A stretch of DNA of 64,000 nt, taken from assembly GCA_012295275.1 (NCBI GenBank), contig CM022668.1, positions 6,014,001-6,078,000 of the forward strand. The letters are read 5' to 3'. Of this stretch, positions 31,632 through 47,147 are shown piece after piece. Below the pieces are notes generated by a model. That model saw only the letters and a list, made by a program, of their open reading frames with translations. It searched no databases and was not told where the DNA came from. The first letter of the stretch is position 1. Each line of letters opens with the position of its first letter. This stretch comes from Chrysomallon squamiferum (Eukaryota > Animalia > Mollusca). Made by a program: the position numbers and the translations under genes.

Positions 31632-32484
31632 TTTAAAATCTGTTTTATTGTCATTTTACTTGGAGACTTTTTTTTCCATAAGTTCATTACATTATGAATA
31701 ATTTCCAATTCAGTTCCATTTCTGTAGACAGTTATATATAATTATTATAATTACATTAATTACAGAATATATATATATATTAATTTTATTATTATTATTG
31801 TAATCTTTACAATAACAGGAAAAAGACAACAGCAAACCCAACAATAACAAAAACTAAAAAGAAACCAAAAGGGGAAAAAATGATATGAGGTTATTCTCAA
31901 TTTTCTTAAATACATAAAATAAATTAAAAATAAAAATAAAAGTAAAAGTAAAAGTAAAATAAAATAAAATAAAATAAAATAAAATAGATAGCTACTAGTA
32001 CTACTAATACTAATTCAAATATTACTAATACTAAAAAAATAATATTTTAGATTCTAGCTTTCAATTTACAAAATCCGATGTCATTTTAAAATGTCTGTGT
32101 ACTTGCTCTTTTCAGGTGTAAAAACAAAACTCAATGCAACTTAGTTATTCTTCTACAACAATAATTTCAAACTCAGTACAAGAGACTTCTGTATATAATA
32201 GACTATTGAACACCAGAGATTACAAATCTTTGTTATTGTTGTTTTTATTTATTTATTATTAATATATTTAAAATTTTAATTAAATAGCCAGAAGGAGAAA
32301 TGAAAAATAAAGCAAAGAAAAATGAAATATTGAAATTGTAAATTCTGCTGTGTCATAGTAAAAGTTTTGTAATACCATTGGAAGTGCTCAGTGCTTAGTG
32401 ATAGAGAAAAAGTTTGAGCGAGGGACTGATTGGAACGGAAAAATATTTACATCGATAAAATACTTGCTATTTACAAATATATAT

Positions 32485-32548
<64 letters not shown>

Positions 32549-32611
32549 AAATAATTTATCGAAATATATACAGTTAATTTCTTTGCTTTTAAAAATTATT
32601 TAGAATTGCAG

Positions 32612-32677
32612 GTTAAAAGAAATAACTGGTTACTGCCTTAAGACATCACCTTTATTTTGGTCAAGTTGAATAGCTCG
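32612..32677 (+). other. Candidate non-coding 5'-UTR exon of PAN-FReD copy E
   Basis: Conserved block bounded by TGCAG| and G|GTAAAG in copies A (3494-3568), D (~25070), E and H (~44086). An acceptor-like TTCTTTCAAAG lies 7 nt before the ATG. The block is absent in copy C. Confidence 0.3.
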
Positions 32678-33249
32678 GTAAAGCCTCGATGCATTTGGCA
32701 TTCTAATCTTCGCAGGACAATAATTTTTGACAGTAACTAGTTACCGCCCTGCACACAAATATAAAACCTCTATTCCTCTATAAATGAAAATCTAAAATGA
32801 CTGTCATATAATATAAACAGACAGAAAAAAGCTCGTATCTTAAGATTCACAGATGGATATAGAGTATATATTCCGCTATAAACGAGCATCTAAAATGACG
32901 GTCCTATAAATGAACAGAGACAGATATGTAAATATATAGATACACACAGATACTGCACATCAATACACAACATTAAACTAGACACTTACCCATCGTTATG
33001 TTAATTCGCTGCGTCTGTATGAATCTTTAATTCTTCACCAATCAAAACAGACAAAAGACCCAATGATCAACAACATGAACAAACGCCTATTTCAGAAGTT
33101 TTATAAGAAACCAGTGAACTACGAATAATTTGTCTGAACTCAGAAATCAACGTTCCAACACAGATGACGGAAAGAACGAGTATTTGAACCATCAGCAAGA
33201 AAACTGGATTATTTTATTTCTTATTTTAAGATTCTTTCAAAGATTACAA

Positions 33250-36200
33250 ATGAAATTTTCTGGAATTTATATCTTATTCGTTAACCACGTGATAGGTGTG
33301 ATACATCGAGACATGGAATTTCGAAACCACGTCATGACCACGACGTCTCCATCGTCGTTGTATGATTGTTCTGCTGCCTGTGTAGCTGATATGTGTTGTA
33401 AATCTTTTAACTTCTTCACGTCTACCCTGGAGTGTCAACTCAACTACAAAACAAAGGAAGAAAGTTCACAAGATTTTGTGACAAAGAAAGGATCAATTTA
33501 CCAAGACAAAAATTCTATAGACAAGGTGAGATACTTTAATGTTGTCCTTATTTTTATATAACTTCTACTATTACTACTACTACTGCTACTACTATAAGTA
33601 CTTGTATTGTTACTCCTACTTATGTTACCATTAGTAATTACCTTTACTACTTCTATTACCACAAGTACTTTTAAGACTACTACTACTGTTATCGCTGCTT
33701 CTATTACAACAACCACAGTTTCTTCACAGTTGCAACTACTATTAATACTGCTACTACTACCCGAACTACTACAGCAACTCTTTTGTTATTATTATTACGA
33801 TTACTTCTACTTCTGTTATTGTTACTATGAATAAAACTACTACAACTAATAGTGTAGTGTTAATGTTGCTATTGATACACCTATGACTATTATTTTACTA
33901 CTGCTAGTAGTGGATTTTTTATTTATTTATTTATTTCTATATTTATATTTATTTTTATTTTTATTTATCACTATTATTATTATGATTTTTTTTTTGTGAT
34001 TTGCAGACTGTATCTGGAATTTGTGGTACGGACGTCTGTCTGTCTTATCAGAAATGTCAAACTGTACGTATGAATGATGCGAAATGTGTATCACGTGACA
34101 GTGACGTAACACCATCAGCTGCACAACCCTCAACACGTAAATCTAATTTAGACAAAACACTGATAGATACATTTATTTTGTTTTCTTTCTGGATGAACCA
34201 ATAACTTAGCCATCTGAAAGTGTTCATACTTAGAAACCTGCATATGTATGTGCGCATATATATATATATATGTATGAAAGTAATTAACAACAATATAAAG
34301 CAATAGTATCAACGTTTATAATTAAATTATGATATTACTTTTCCTCTAATTAACATATTTTAATATTGGTTGATATTAAATAAGAAAATGTAGAATTGCA
34401 TATTCTTCATAGGTTATGTTCCTGATGTGATGAGAAACTGCTATGACGTCATGATGACGTTTCCATGCTCTGGACATTTTCTATTGAAGTCATCTGAGTT
34501 GAACAACGTGCCAGCGTTTTGTGATATGTCAACTCTTAACGGCGGTTGGTTGGTTAGTAGGAACCAGTCATTTTATAGTTATTTCATTTTATTAATTTAT
34601 TATTCTTACGATATTCATCTATTCATTCCTTCTTTCATCTATTCATCTATTCATTCGTTCGTTCATTTATTTATTCATATTTTTTTTATTATTGTAACTT
34701 TATTTGTTTCCATTAGAAAAATTATACGTAAATGAATACAAACATACATACATAGGTACATACATACATACAAAAATGATATATATATATATATACATAC
34801 AAATATGTATACACATATGCATACATACATAAAACACACATACATACACATATACTTACTAACTTACTTACCTACGTCCATTTGTGTCTTAAACTAATGA
34901 CCATACATGCATTCAAATATATATATATTTACATACATACAAATATGTATAGATATATGCATACATACATAAAAAACACATACATACACATATACCCAAA
35001 TACTTACCTACTTACTTACCAACGTCCATATCTGTCTTAAACTAATGTACAGATTATACAAAGACGGATAGACGGATCTACAGACTTCTACAGAACGTGG
35101 CAGGAATACAAGGAAGGATTTGGAGATGTAGAAAGAGAATACTGGTTGGGTAAGAAATTGTTTGCTAATTCATGAGATACATCCATCAGATAACTGTGAT
35201 AAATAATTTTTGTGTTTTATGTTCAAAGAAAAAGGATACTTGAATGTAAAGTCTTAGAATATTATTATTTTTTTTTTCTTCTTCTTCTTCTTCTTCTTCT
35301 TTTCTTCTTATTATTATTATTGCTGTTGTTCAGGAAACGAGAACATCTACAAGATAACAAGTAAACAGGAATACGAGCTACGTGTTGATCTAGAAGACTT
35401 TGAAGGAAACAAAAGTTACGCGATGTACTCGACATTTTCAATGGGTAGTGAGGCGGAGAACTACACTCTACACATTGGATCTTACAGCGGAAACGCAGGT
35501 TGGTCTGGCAACAAGCTAAAACAGACTGAATGAATATCTATTTATATATATTTATGTTTGTCTATATGTGTCTATATGGAGGTATGACTGTAAGAAATCG
35601 TGTGCCTGTCTGTCTGTGTATATGTGTGTATGTGTGTGTGTGTGTGTTTCAATAGTTTTTCTGTCTCAGCATATATCTCTGTATATATCTATGTGTTTCT
35701 ATGTCAGTTTGTTTGTTTGTACGTACGTCTATCATTTGTTTATCCGTGTGGCTTAGACTATAACTGGGATTCTGTGTTAATGTATTTATACATTTGTGCG
35801 TGTATCTCTGTGTGGGGCCGTATATATAAACGTGTGAGTGATTCTTTATGTTAAAGATGGTATTTTCAGTCGTCGTACTTTAAGGTACTATAAAGTCGTT
35901 TTTGCCAAAAAAAAAAAAAAAAAAAAATTTCGTACGAAGATTGCTCTTGCTATTATTTCGTAATAATAATGATAATTTACAATTATAATTTTTTCCCGTT
36001 CCAAAGGTGACTCACTTGCCTGGCACAATGCTCACTCTTTTACAACTAAGGATAAGGATCAGGATACGGATCCTTTAAACTGTGCCGAACTCTATCATGG
36101 AGCGTGGTGGTACAGACACTGTCACAGTTCAAATCTAAACGGCTTGTACCTGGGAGGCCTTACTAAGGTATACGCGAAAGGAGTTACTTGGAGTTCGTGG

Positions 36201-36266
36201 ACAGGCCAGTACTACTCTTTGAAGAGAACTGAAATGAAAATAAGACCACTTTTGTCTGGAAAATAA
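33250..36266 (+). CDS. PAN/Apple + EGF-like + FReD lectin, copy E, intact, 355 aa
   Basis: join(33250..33525,34007..34136,34413..34552,35053..35149,35334..35498,36007..36266). Exon lengths 276/130/140/97/165/260, identical to copy C; GT-AG introns; no stops. Confidence 0.93.
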
Positions 36267-36849
36267 GATCGGTTTTGTCTGGAAAATAGAACCAGGTTTG
36301 TTTGGAAAATAAACCAGTTTATTGTTGAAGATAGAGGCAATTACGTATTGAAGTTAAGATCAGATTAGCTTTGAAGATAAATTTCATATTTTTCATTTAA
36401 GTCTTCTACAGACTTTAATATCTCTGAACCGAATGAAGATGTTTATTTCATTGCTTTAAAATTCTGTATGTAAGTTTCTAATTGTTTATTTATTATTTCT
36501 TTTTTTACACGTGTTCATTTGTTTCGTTTTTGCTTAGAGGGAATAATTTTTAATGAGCTTCTGTTTTTCGACATTTTAAATAAAAACATATAATTTCAAA
36601 TAACTATTGTTGTGAATTTTTTATCAGTTGATGTTTAGTTCAATAACATTAATGCTTGGGGACATAACATTTTGCAACAAAGACACAGACAGACATTGAC
36701 AGAGACACAGAAAGAGACACTGACTAAGAGAAAAGTGAAAAAGAATGAGGGGATAAAGATGGAAAGAAAGGGAAAGAAAAATCGATCTTCCTTCCTTTGT
36801 TCGTTAATGTGTTCCTCCATCATACATACATAGATACATACATACATAT

Positions 36850-36933
<84 letters not shown>

Positions 36934-37189
36934 AAAGAGAGAGACGAGTTCGAAACATTTCATGAAGCTTTGTTCTAATCATCTAAAGGAAGATTCAGTT
37001 TCGGAACAGTTCATCAAGCTTTATTCTAACGGAACATTTCTTAAATCTAATGAAATATTTCATGTCGGAACATTTAACTAGAGTATCGTACAATAGATTA
37101 GCAGTGGTAGTAGTAGTAATGAAACAGCAGCAGTAATATTTCTGGTAGCAGCAACAGTCGTCCTAACAGTGACTTCTATTGTAGAGTAG

Positions 37190-38060
37190 TAAAATAAAAG
37201 TTATAGCAGTAAGAATGTTTATGTCTTATAGTAATACTTCCAATAGTAAAATAATAGTTACAGCAGTAGGAATGTTTATGTCTTATAGTAATACTTCCAG
37301 TAGTAAAATAATAGTTATAGCAGTAGGAATGTTTATGTCTTATAGTAATACTTCCAGTAGTAAAATAATAGTTACAGCAGTAGGAATGTTTATGTCTTAT
37401 AGTAATACTTCCAGTAGTAAAATAATAGTTACAGCAGTAGCAATGTTTATGTCTTATAGTAATACTTCCAGTAGTAAAATAATAGTTATAGCAGTAGCAA
37501 TGTTTATGTCTTATAGTAATACTTCCAGTAGTAAAATAACAGTTACAGCACTAGGAATGTTTATGTCTTATAGTAATACTTCCAGTAGTAAAATAATAGT
37601 TATAGCACTAGGAATGTTTATGTCTTATAGTAATACTTCCAGTAGTAAAATAATAGTTATAGCAGTAGGAATGGTTATGATAGTAATACTCTCAGTAGAT
37701 AAACAATAGTTACAGCAGTAGCAATATTTATGATAGTAATAGTTCCATTAGTAAAATAATAGTTCTACCAGTAGGAATAGTTATGAAATAATAGTTATAC
37801 CAGTAGTATGTTTATGATAGTAAGACTTCCAGTAGTAAAATAACAGATACAGCACTAGGAATGTTTATGATAGTAAGACTTCCAGTAGTAAAATAACAGA
37901 TACAGCACTAGGAATGTTTATGTCTTATAGTAATACTTCCAATTACAAAAATAATAGTTATAGGAGTAGCAATGTTTATGTCTTATAGTAATACTTCCAG
38001 TAGTAAAATAATAGTTATAGCAGTAGGAATGTTTATGTCTTGGAATAATACTTCCAGTAA
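37190..38060 (+). repeat. 57-bp minisatellite array (~15 units, degenerate in its 3' half)
   Basis: Same unit as above. Confidence 0.92.
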
Positions 38061-38223
38061 TGAGGTGAAATATTACTACCAGAAACAGCATTAGTAGGAA
38101 AAAAAACAGTAATAATGATTAGTTTTGCCAAAAGTGAAACAAATTTCATTACGAATATTGCTCTTGCTATTATTTCGCAACAACAATGATAATTGGCAAT
38201 TATACTTTTTTCCCGTTCCAAAG

Positions 38224-38522
38224 GTGACTCACTTTCCGGGCACAATGCTCAGTCTTTTACAACTAAGGATAAGGATCAGGATACGCATTCTTCAAACTGT
38301 GCCGAAAAGTATCATGGAGCGTGGTGGTACACAGACTGTCACAGTTCAAATCTAAACGGCTTGTTCCTGGGAGGCCTTACTACGGTATACGCGAAAGGAG
38401 TTACTTGGAGTTCGTGGAGAGGCCAGTTCTACTCCTTGAAGAGAACTGAAATGAAAATAAGACCACTTTTTTCTCGAAAATTAACCAGTTTATTGTTGAA
38501 GATAAAAGAAATTACGTATTGA
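38224..38522 (+). CDS. Orphan FReD last exon (copy F); gene fragment or alternative terminal exon of copy E
   Basis: Acceptor TTTTTTCCCGTTCCAAAG|GT plus ~100 nt of intron 5, fused to the satellite end at ~38122. Open frame [10 protein letters not shown]…WWYTDCH…KIRPLFSRK extended by [13 protein letters not shown] through stop loss. Confidence 0.7.
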
Positions 38523-39513
38523 AGTTAAGATCAGATTAGCTTTGAAGATAAATTTCATATTCTTCGTTTAAGTCTTCTACAGGCTTTAATATTTCTGGAC
38601 CGAATGAAGACGTTTATTTCATTGCTTTAAAATTCTGTATGTAAGTTTCTAATTGTTCATTTATTATTTCTTTTTTTACACGTGTGTTCATTTGTTTCGT
38701 TTTTGCTTAGAGGGACTAATTTTTAATGAGCTACTGTTTTTCGACATTTTAAATAAAAACATATAATTTCAAATAACTATTGTTGTGAATTTTTATCAAT
38801 TGATGTTTTATTTAATAACATTAAAGCTATGCGACATCACATTTTGCACACAAACACACAGACAGACATTGACAGAGACAGAAAAAGAATCACTGACTAA
38901 GAGGAATGTGGGAAAGAATGAGGAGTATAAGGATGGAAAGAAAGGGAAAGAAAGATCGACCTTCCTTCATTCGTTCGTTAATCGGTTCATTCATAATACA
39001 TACTCATATACTTACATACATACATACATATAGTTATAAGAAAGTAAGTAAGGAATTAAATAAATAAATAGATAAATAAATAAAAACAGGATATGTAAAT
39101 ATATTATAATATGAACCGATAAAATAAACTATATATTCTGCTTACCTTTTTTAACCCTATTCGTTCCTTCAAGTTTTTCGTATTTATTATAAAATTTCCT
39201 TTTCTGTTTTCTCTGTCTCACTTATGATTATTATTAGTATTATAAAACTGTACGGTGAACAAAGTCAAGAAGAGAAAAGAAAATAACTAAACAAACAATT
39301 TTGAACTGAAGAGATAACTTTCGAACAGCAGTGCATTTTCCAGTGTTTAAACTGATGGCCGCGTATTCAATACTAACAGTGTAACTTCCGTTATAGATAA
39401 AAATAACAACAGTTTCCCGAGGAATACGAAACTTCTAGGAATATATTAGTTCATATTACCTTTGTGTCCTTGCTTTTGTTAAAACTTAACATTTTATTTG
39501 TTTTATAAATATA

Positions 39514-39614
<101 letters not shown>

Positions 39615-39620
39615 AGTTCC

Positions 39621-39820
39621 NNNNNNNNNNNNNNNNNNNNNNNNNNNNNNNNNNNNNNNNNNNNNNNNNNNNNNNNNNNNNNNNNNNNNNNNNNNNNNNN
39701 NNNNNNNNNNNNNNNNNNNNNNNNNNNNNNNNNNNNNNNNNNNNNNNNNNNNNNNNNNNNNNNNNNNNNNNNNNNNNNNNNNNNNNNNNNNNNNNNNNNN
39801 NNNNNNNNNNNNNNNNNNNN
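39621..39820. other. Assembly gap (200 N)
   Basis: Run of exactly 200 N. Confidence 0.99.
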
Positions 39821-39978
39821 GAACATCTACAAGATAACAAGTAAACAGGAATACGAGCTTCGTGTTGATCTAGAAGACTTTGAAGGAAACAAACGTTACG
39901 CGATGTACTCGACATTTTCACTGGGTAGTGAGGCGGAGAACTACACTCTACACATTGGATCTTACAGCGGAAACGCAC
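39821..39978 (+). pseudogene. FReD exon 5 of partial copy G (exon 6 deleted)
   Basis: [52 protein letters not shown], donor C|GTTGGT. Intron 5 joins the 3' flank (AAGATCAGATTAGCTTTG) at ~40410 with no exon 6. The 5' part is hidden by the gap. Confidence 0.8.
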
Positions 39979-40935
39979 GTTGGTATGGCAACAGTCAATA
40001 GAAACAATAAAAATAATGTAATAGAAAGTAATATCTAGGTTGCAATTTAATGTATATGTTAGAGGAAAAAATCTTTTATTCCGGTCTCAAATGAGCCAGT
40101 ATATTACATTTTTCTTTCTGTGAGGTACTTAATTTAGTAAACCTTATTAGTGTCTCATATCAGTTTTAGCTATAACAACAAGTTAAAACAGACTAAATGA
40201 ATAACTCAATGATAACGATAGATGTGTAGATGTTATATATATATATATGTTTGTGTATCTGTATCGAGGATTGTGTAAGAATGTGTCGCTCTGTCTGTGT
40301 TTATGTTTGTATGTGTGTCTGTGTATGTTTGAATAGGTTTGGTGTCTGAGTATGTACCCCTGTATATATGTGTTTCTATGTCATTGTGACTGTTTGTATG
40401 TACAAGCATACAAGATCAGATTAGCTTTGAAGATAATTTTCAGATTCTTCATTTAAGTCTTCTACAGGTTTTAATATCTCTGAACCGAATTAAGATGTTT
40501 ATTTGATTGCTTTAAAATTCTGCATGTAAGATTTTAATTGTTTATTTATTATTATTTTGTTTACACGTATGTTCATTTGTTTAATTTTTGCATAAAGGGA
40601 TTAATTTTTAATGAGCTGTTGTTTTTCCACATTTTAAATAAAAACATATAATTTCATATAATTATTGTTGTGAATTTGTTATCAGTTCATGTTTTATTTA
40701 ATACATTAATGCTTGGGGACATAACGTTTTGCACACAAACACACAGACAGACATTCACATAGACAGAGAAAGTGACACTTCCAAAGAAAAAAGTGATAAA
40801 GAATGAGAGGGATAAAGATGGAAACAAAAGGCAAAAATATCGACCTTCTTTCATTCGTTCGTTAATTGCTTCTTTCCTTCATACATACTCACGTGTATAT
40901 AGGGAGAGAGAGTAAGACCATATTTCATTATTATT

Positions 40936-41452
<517 letters not shown>

Positions 41453-41607
41453 TATGGAGAGGAAGAGTATGTGAATAACCACACTGCATATCAACACTGT
41501 TGATGCTCTTTGAAACACGTTCATACGAAACTTTTTTTTATATATATACTATTACGACATGATGTCTCTCTGTGCACATTTACTTTTAATAAAGCTTTTA
41601 TAATCTG

Positions 41608-41772
41608 AGCTATTAACATCTTCTTTTCATAGAACATTAAATGTTTTACCTGACTTTTCTTGTCTATTAACATCTTCTTTTCATAGAACATTAAATGTTT
41701 TACCTGACTCTTCTTGTCTATTAACATCTTCTTTTCATAGAATATTAAATGTTTTACCTGACTCTTCTTGTC
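41608..41772. repeat. 54-bp tandem triplication
   Basis: CTATTAACATCTTCTTTTCATAGAACATTAAATGTTTTACCTGAC(T/C)CTTCTTGT x3; single-copy in the paralogous flanks at ~548-590 and ~30305-30350. Confidence 0.85.
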
Positions 41773-42587
41773 AAAGAACAATTGAAACTTACGGCTGCTG
41801 AGCTTACTAAGGGAAGTCACTCCAGTTTCTATTGATTTTCGTTGATGTAATTTTTTCGTTCCGCGAAATAACCAGAGGACTCAAATCAATTTCTCATTTA
41901 ATATATTTTTTATTTCTGCGAGTGAATTCTGTTGCTACAATGTTTTGTACTGGGAATTATCTTTCAGACAAGTGTAATTAATAACTATGACTTTGTCATG
42001 AAATTAATAATTTGTGACTCCATTTAATAACAAAAAGATTGGTTTAAACATAAACAAATCTTCAGAATCTGTTTGATATTCTGTCATTATTATTATTATT
42101 GTTATTATTATTGCTGCTGTTGTTGTTGTAGTTGTTGGTTTAAGTGCTAACATATATTGTTAATGAAATATTTTTTGCCAATGTTTTATTCTAATTTTTT
42201 AATACAGTATTTACTACCACAACATCACTGTTCACGCAGTCGTCTACATCACCGTTAACAGCGATGATTATAATCCTCAGCGACACCGTCATCATTATGG
42301 TCACTATGGTGATACTTGTTTGCACTGTTTCGATTATCGTCATCGACTTGATTATTATCATTATCAAAACAGCATCATTATTATCACCGGCATCATAAGC
42401 ATCAGCACTATATAACATCACAATGATTATAAAGACATTGAATATTTTCAAGTTGGTTTTATTTTACAGTTTTTGATAATTTGTTATAATTTGTTATTTT
42501 TATTTATTTTGCTTTTACTATAATTAACTTTTCTCCATCATCCAATCTCAATTAACAACAAGAAAAAAGTGCATTTGAAATCAGGGT

Positions 42588-42801
42588 GCCGCCATTTTCC
42601 ATGGATGTGACGTCATAGCATACGCAGTGATACATTTCCTCTAAAGTCTATTCTATTTGAAAAAATAATAATAAATAAAATATAACTATTATTATTTATC
42701 TTGATTATCTGACAGAAGTAGCTCATAAATAGGTAAAAACGTCAGCTCGCTATGTACGCCATGACGTCACGGCTTTGGTTACGACAGAATAAAATGGCGG
42801 C
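42588..42801. promoter_or_regulatory. Symmetric YY1-CRE…CRE-YY1 cassette (regulatory element or decayed MITE) upstream of copy H
   Basis: GCCGCCATTTT 42588-42598, TGACGTCA 42608-42615, TGACGTCA 42762-42769, AAAATGGCGGC 42791-42801 (perfect 11-bp inverted pair). Confidence 0.5.
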
Positions 42802-43976
42802 ATTAAAATGTTTTGTAAGAGTATATCTTCCTGTCCTGCTTAGTTGTGAGTGATGAAAGATAAACCAAACCAGTCACATAATAAAATAAAAGTACAGTTT
42901 AAGGAATTGTATTAAACCAAATGTACGTGCAACTGATGGAGAGATGATGTATAATACTGATTTTTCAACAAAAAACAAAAAATAAAAAGATTAGAAAAAA
43001 AAAAAGAGAACAATATGGTACAATAGATTATTGTTATTACTACTACTACTACTACTACTACTATTTTAAATCTGTTTTATTTTCATTTTACTTGTAGAGC
43101 TTTTTTACATAAGTGCATTACATTATGGATAATTTTCGATTCATTTCCATTTTTGTAGACAGTTATATATAATTATTATAATTACATTAATTACAGAAAA
43201 TATAAATTTACACATTTATTAAAGCTTTATTTTATTCAGGATATGTCAAAATATCAAATATATATTATTATTATTAGTATTATTATTAGTAGTAGTATTG
43301 TAATCTTTACAATAACAGGAAAAAGACATCAACAAACCCAACAATAACAGAAACTAATAAGCAATCAAAAGAGGCAAAAAATTATATTAGGTTATTCTCA
43401 ATTTACTTAAATAAATAAAATAAATTAAAAATTAAAATGAAATAAAGTAAAATAAAATAAAATAAATACTACTACTACTACTACTACTAATACTAATACT
43501 AATATTACTAATACTACAAAAACTAATATTTTAGAGTCTAGCTTTCAATTTACAAAATCCGATGTCATTTTAAAATGTCTGTTTAATAGCTATTTTCAGT
43601 TGTAAAAACAAAACTTTATGTAACTTAGTTATTCTACTACAACAGTAATTTCAAACTCAGTACAAGAGACTACTGTATATACTAGATTATTGTACACACC
43701 AGACTACTGTATGCACCAGAGATTACAGATCTTTGTTATTATTGGTTTTATTTATTTATTTTTAATTAAAGAGCCAGCAGGGGAAATGAAAAATAAAGAA
43801 AAGAAAAATGAAATATTGAAATTGTAAATTCTGCTTTGTCATAGTAAAGGTTTTGTAATACGATTGGAAGTGTTCAGTGCTCAATCATGAAGAAAAAGTC
43901 TGAGCGAGGGACTGATTGGAACGGAATAATATTTACTTCGATAAAATACTTGCCATTTACAAATATATATATGATA

Positions 43977-44012
<36 letters not shown>

Positions 44013-44645
44013 TGTATGTGTCAAATCATTTATCGAAATATATATAGTAAATTTCTTTGATTTTAAAAAATATTTAGAATTGCAGGTTAAAAGAAATAAC
44101 TGGTTACTGCCTTAAGATATCACCTTTATTTTGGTCAAGTTGAATAGCTCGGTAAAGCCTCGCTGCATTTGGCATTCTAATCTTCGCAGGACAATAATTT
44201 TAGACAGTAACTAGTTACCGCCCTGCACACAAATATAAAACATCTATTCCTCTATAAATGAAAATCTAAAATGACTGTCATATAATATAAACAGACAGAC
44301 AGACAAACAGATCGACAGATATGTAAATATATAGATACACAGAGATGCTGCACATCAATACACAACATTAAACTAGACACTTACCGATCGTTATGTTAAT
44401 TCGCTGCGTCTGTATGAATCTTTAATTCTTAAACAATCAAAACAGACAAAATAGCCAATAAGCAACAAGATGAACAAACGCCTATTTCAGAAGTTTTATA
44501 AGAAACCAGTGAACTACGAATAATTAGTCTGAACTCAGAAATCAACGTTGCAACACAGATAACGGAAGGAACGTAGTATTTGAACCATCAGCTAGAAAAC
44601 TGGATTTATTTTATTGTTATTTTAAGATTCTTACAAAGATTAAAA

Positions 44646-45687
44646 ATGAAATTTTCTGGATTTTATATCTTATTCGTTAACCACGTGATAGGTGTGATAC
44701 ATCGAGACATGGAATTTCGAAACCACGTCATGACCACGACGTCTCAGTCGTCGTTGTATGACTGTTCTGCTGCCTGTGTAGCTGATATGTGTTGTAAATC
44801 TTTTAACTTCTTCACATCTACCCTGGAGTGTCAACTCAACTACAAAACAAAGGAAGAAAGTTCACAAGATTTTGTCACAAAGAAAGGATCAATTTACCAA
44901 GACAAAAATTCTATAGACAAGGTGAGATATTTTAATTTTGTGCTTATTTTTATATAACTTCTACTACTATTGCTACTGCTACTAGTATACTTACTGCTAT
45001 TGTTACTACTATTTCTGTTACCATTAGTAATTACCTTTACTACTACTATTACCACAACTAGTTTTAAGACTAATATTACTGTTATCGCTGCTTCTATTAC
45101 AACAACCACAGTTCCATCAAAACAACTACTATTAATACTGCTACTACTACCAGAACTACTACAACAACTCTTTTATTATTATTATTACGATTACTCCTAC
45201 TACTGTTATTGTTACTATGAGTAAAACTACTACAACTAATACTGTATTATTAATATTACTATAGATACACCTATGAAGATTATTTTACCACTATTATTTT
45301 ACTAGTGCTAGTAGTGCATTATATATTTATTTATTTATTTATTTTTATTTTTATTTATTTTTTATTTTATTTTTATTTTTATTATTATTTTTATTATTAT
45401 TATTATTATTTTATTTTTTTTTTTTTTTTTGTTATTTGCAGTCTGTATCTGGAATTTGTGGTACGGACGTATGTCTGTCGTATCAAAAATGTCAAGCTGT
45501 ACGTATGAATGATGCGAAATGTGTATCACGTGACAGTGACGTAACACCATCAGCTGCACAACCCTCCACACGTAAATATAATTTAGACAAAACACTGATA
45601 GATACATTTATTTTGTTTTCTTTCTGGATGAACCAATAACTTAACCTACTAAAAGTGTTCATACATAGAAACCTGTATATGTATGTA

Positions 45688-45732
<45 letters not shown>

Positions 45733-46602
45733 GAAAGTAAGTAACAAAAATATCAAGGAATAGTATGTCAGTTTATAATTAAATGATGGTATAACTTTTC
45801 CTCTAATTAACAGATTTTAATGTTGGTTCATTTAAATAAGAAAATGTAGAATTGCATATTCTTCATAGGTTATGTTCCTGATGTGATGCGAAACTGCTAT
45901 GACGTCATGATGACGTTTCCATGCTCGGGACATATTCTATTGAAGTCATTTCAGGTTAACAACGTGCCAGCGTTTTGTGATATGTCAGCTCTTAACGGTG
46001 AATGGTTGGTTAGTAGGAACCAGTAATCTTATAGCAATTTCATTTTTTTTATTTTATTATTCATTCGATATTCATCTATTCATCCATTCATTCGTTCATT
46101 CATTCATTCATTCGTTCGTTCGTTCGTTCATTTATTTATTCACACCTTTTTTTATTACTGACACTTTATTTGTTTCCATTAGAAAAATGTAATACACATT
46201 ATATGTAACACAAACATACATATATACATACAAAGATATCTGTACATCATACAAATAGGTATATATTCATGCATACATACATAAAGCATACACATACATA
46301 CTAACTTACCAACGTCCGTTTGTCTTAAACTAATTTACAGATTATACAAAGACGGATGGACGGATCTACAGACTTCTACAGATCATGGCAGGAATACAAG
46401 GAAGGATTTGGAGATGTAGAAAGAGAATACTGGTTGGGTAAGAAATTGTTTACTAGTTTATGAGATACTTCCATCACATAACTGTGATAAATAATTTTTG
46501 TGTTTTATGCTCAAAGAAAAATGATACATCAATATAAAGTCGTAGAATATTATTATTTTTCTTCTTCTTCTTCTGTTTAATAATAATATTATTATTATTA
46601 TG

Positions 46603-46665
<63 letters not shown>

Positions 46666-47076
46666 GCTGTTCTTCAGGAAACGAGAACATCTACAAGATA
46701 ACAAGTAAACAGAAATACGAGCTACGTGTTGATCTAGAAGACTTTGAAGGAAACAAACGTTACGCGATGTACTCGACATTTTCACTGGGTAGTGAGGCAG
46801 AGAACTACACTCTACACATTGGATCTTACAGCGGAAACGCAGGTTGGTATGGCATCAGTCAATAGAAACAATAAAAATATATTCTTGTATTATAATATGC
46901 TGATGATACAAAGTAATATCTATGAAACAATTTAGTGTATATGTTCAATAAAAAATCTGTTAATCGGATCTCAAATCAACTACCATGTTAAATGTTCTTT
47001 CTGTGAGGTATTTAATTTAGTAAATGTCATAACTGTATAACTTTAGTTTTAGCTATAATAAGATAAACAGACTGAA

Positions 47077-47147
<71 letters not shown>

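Noticed and set aside
33130-33249. N-terminal extensions of exon 1 in the ORF track (33130, 44580, 11131)
   Set aside because: They start at TTG-type codons, are not conserved in frame across copies and overlap an acceptor-like tract; the shared ATG (MKFSG) is the better start.
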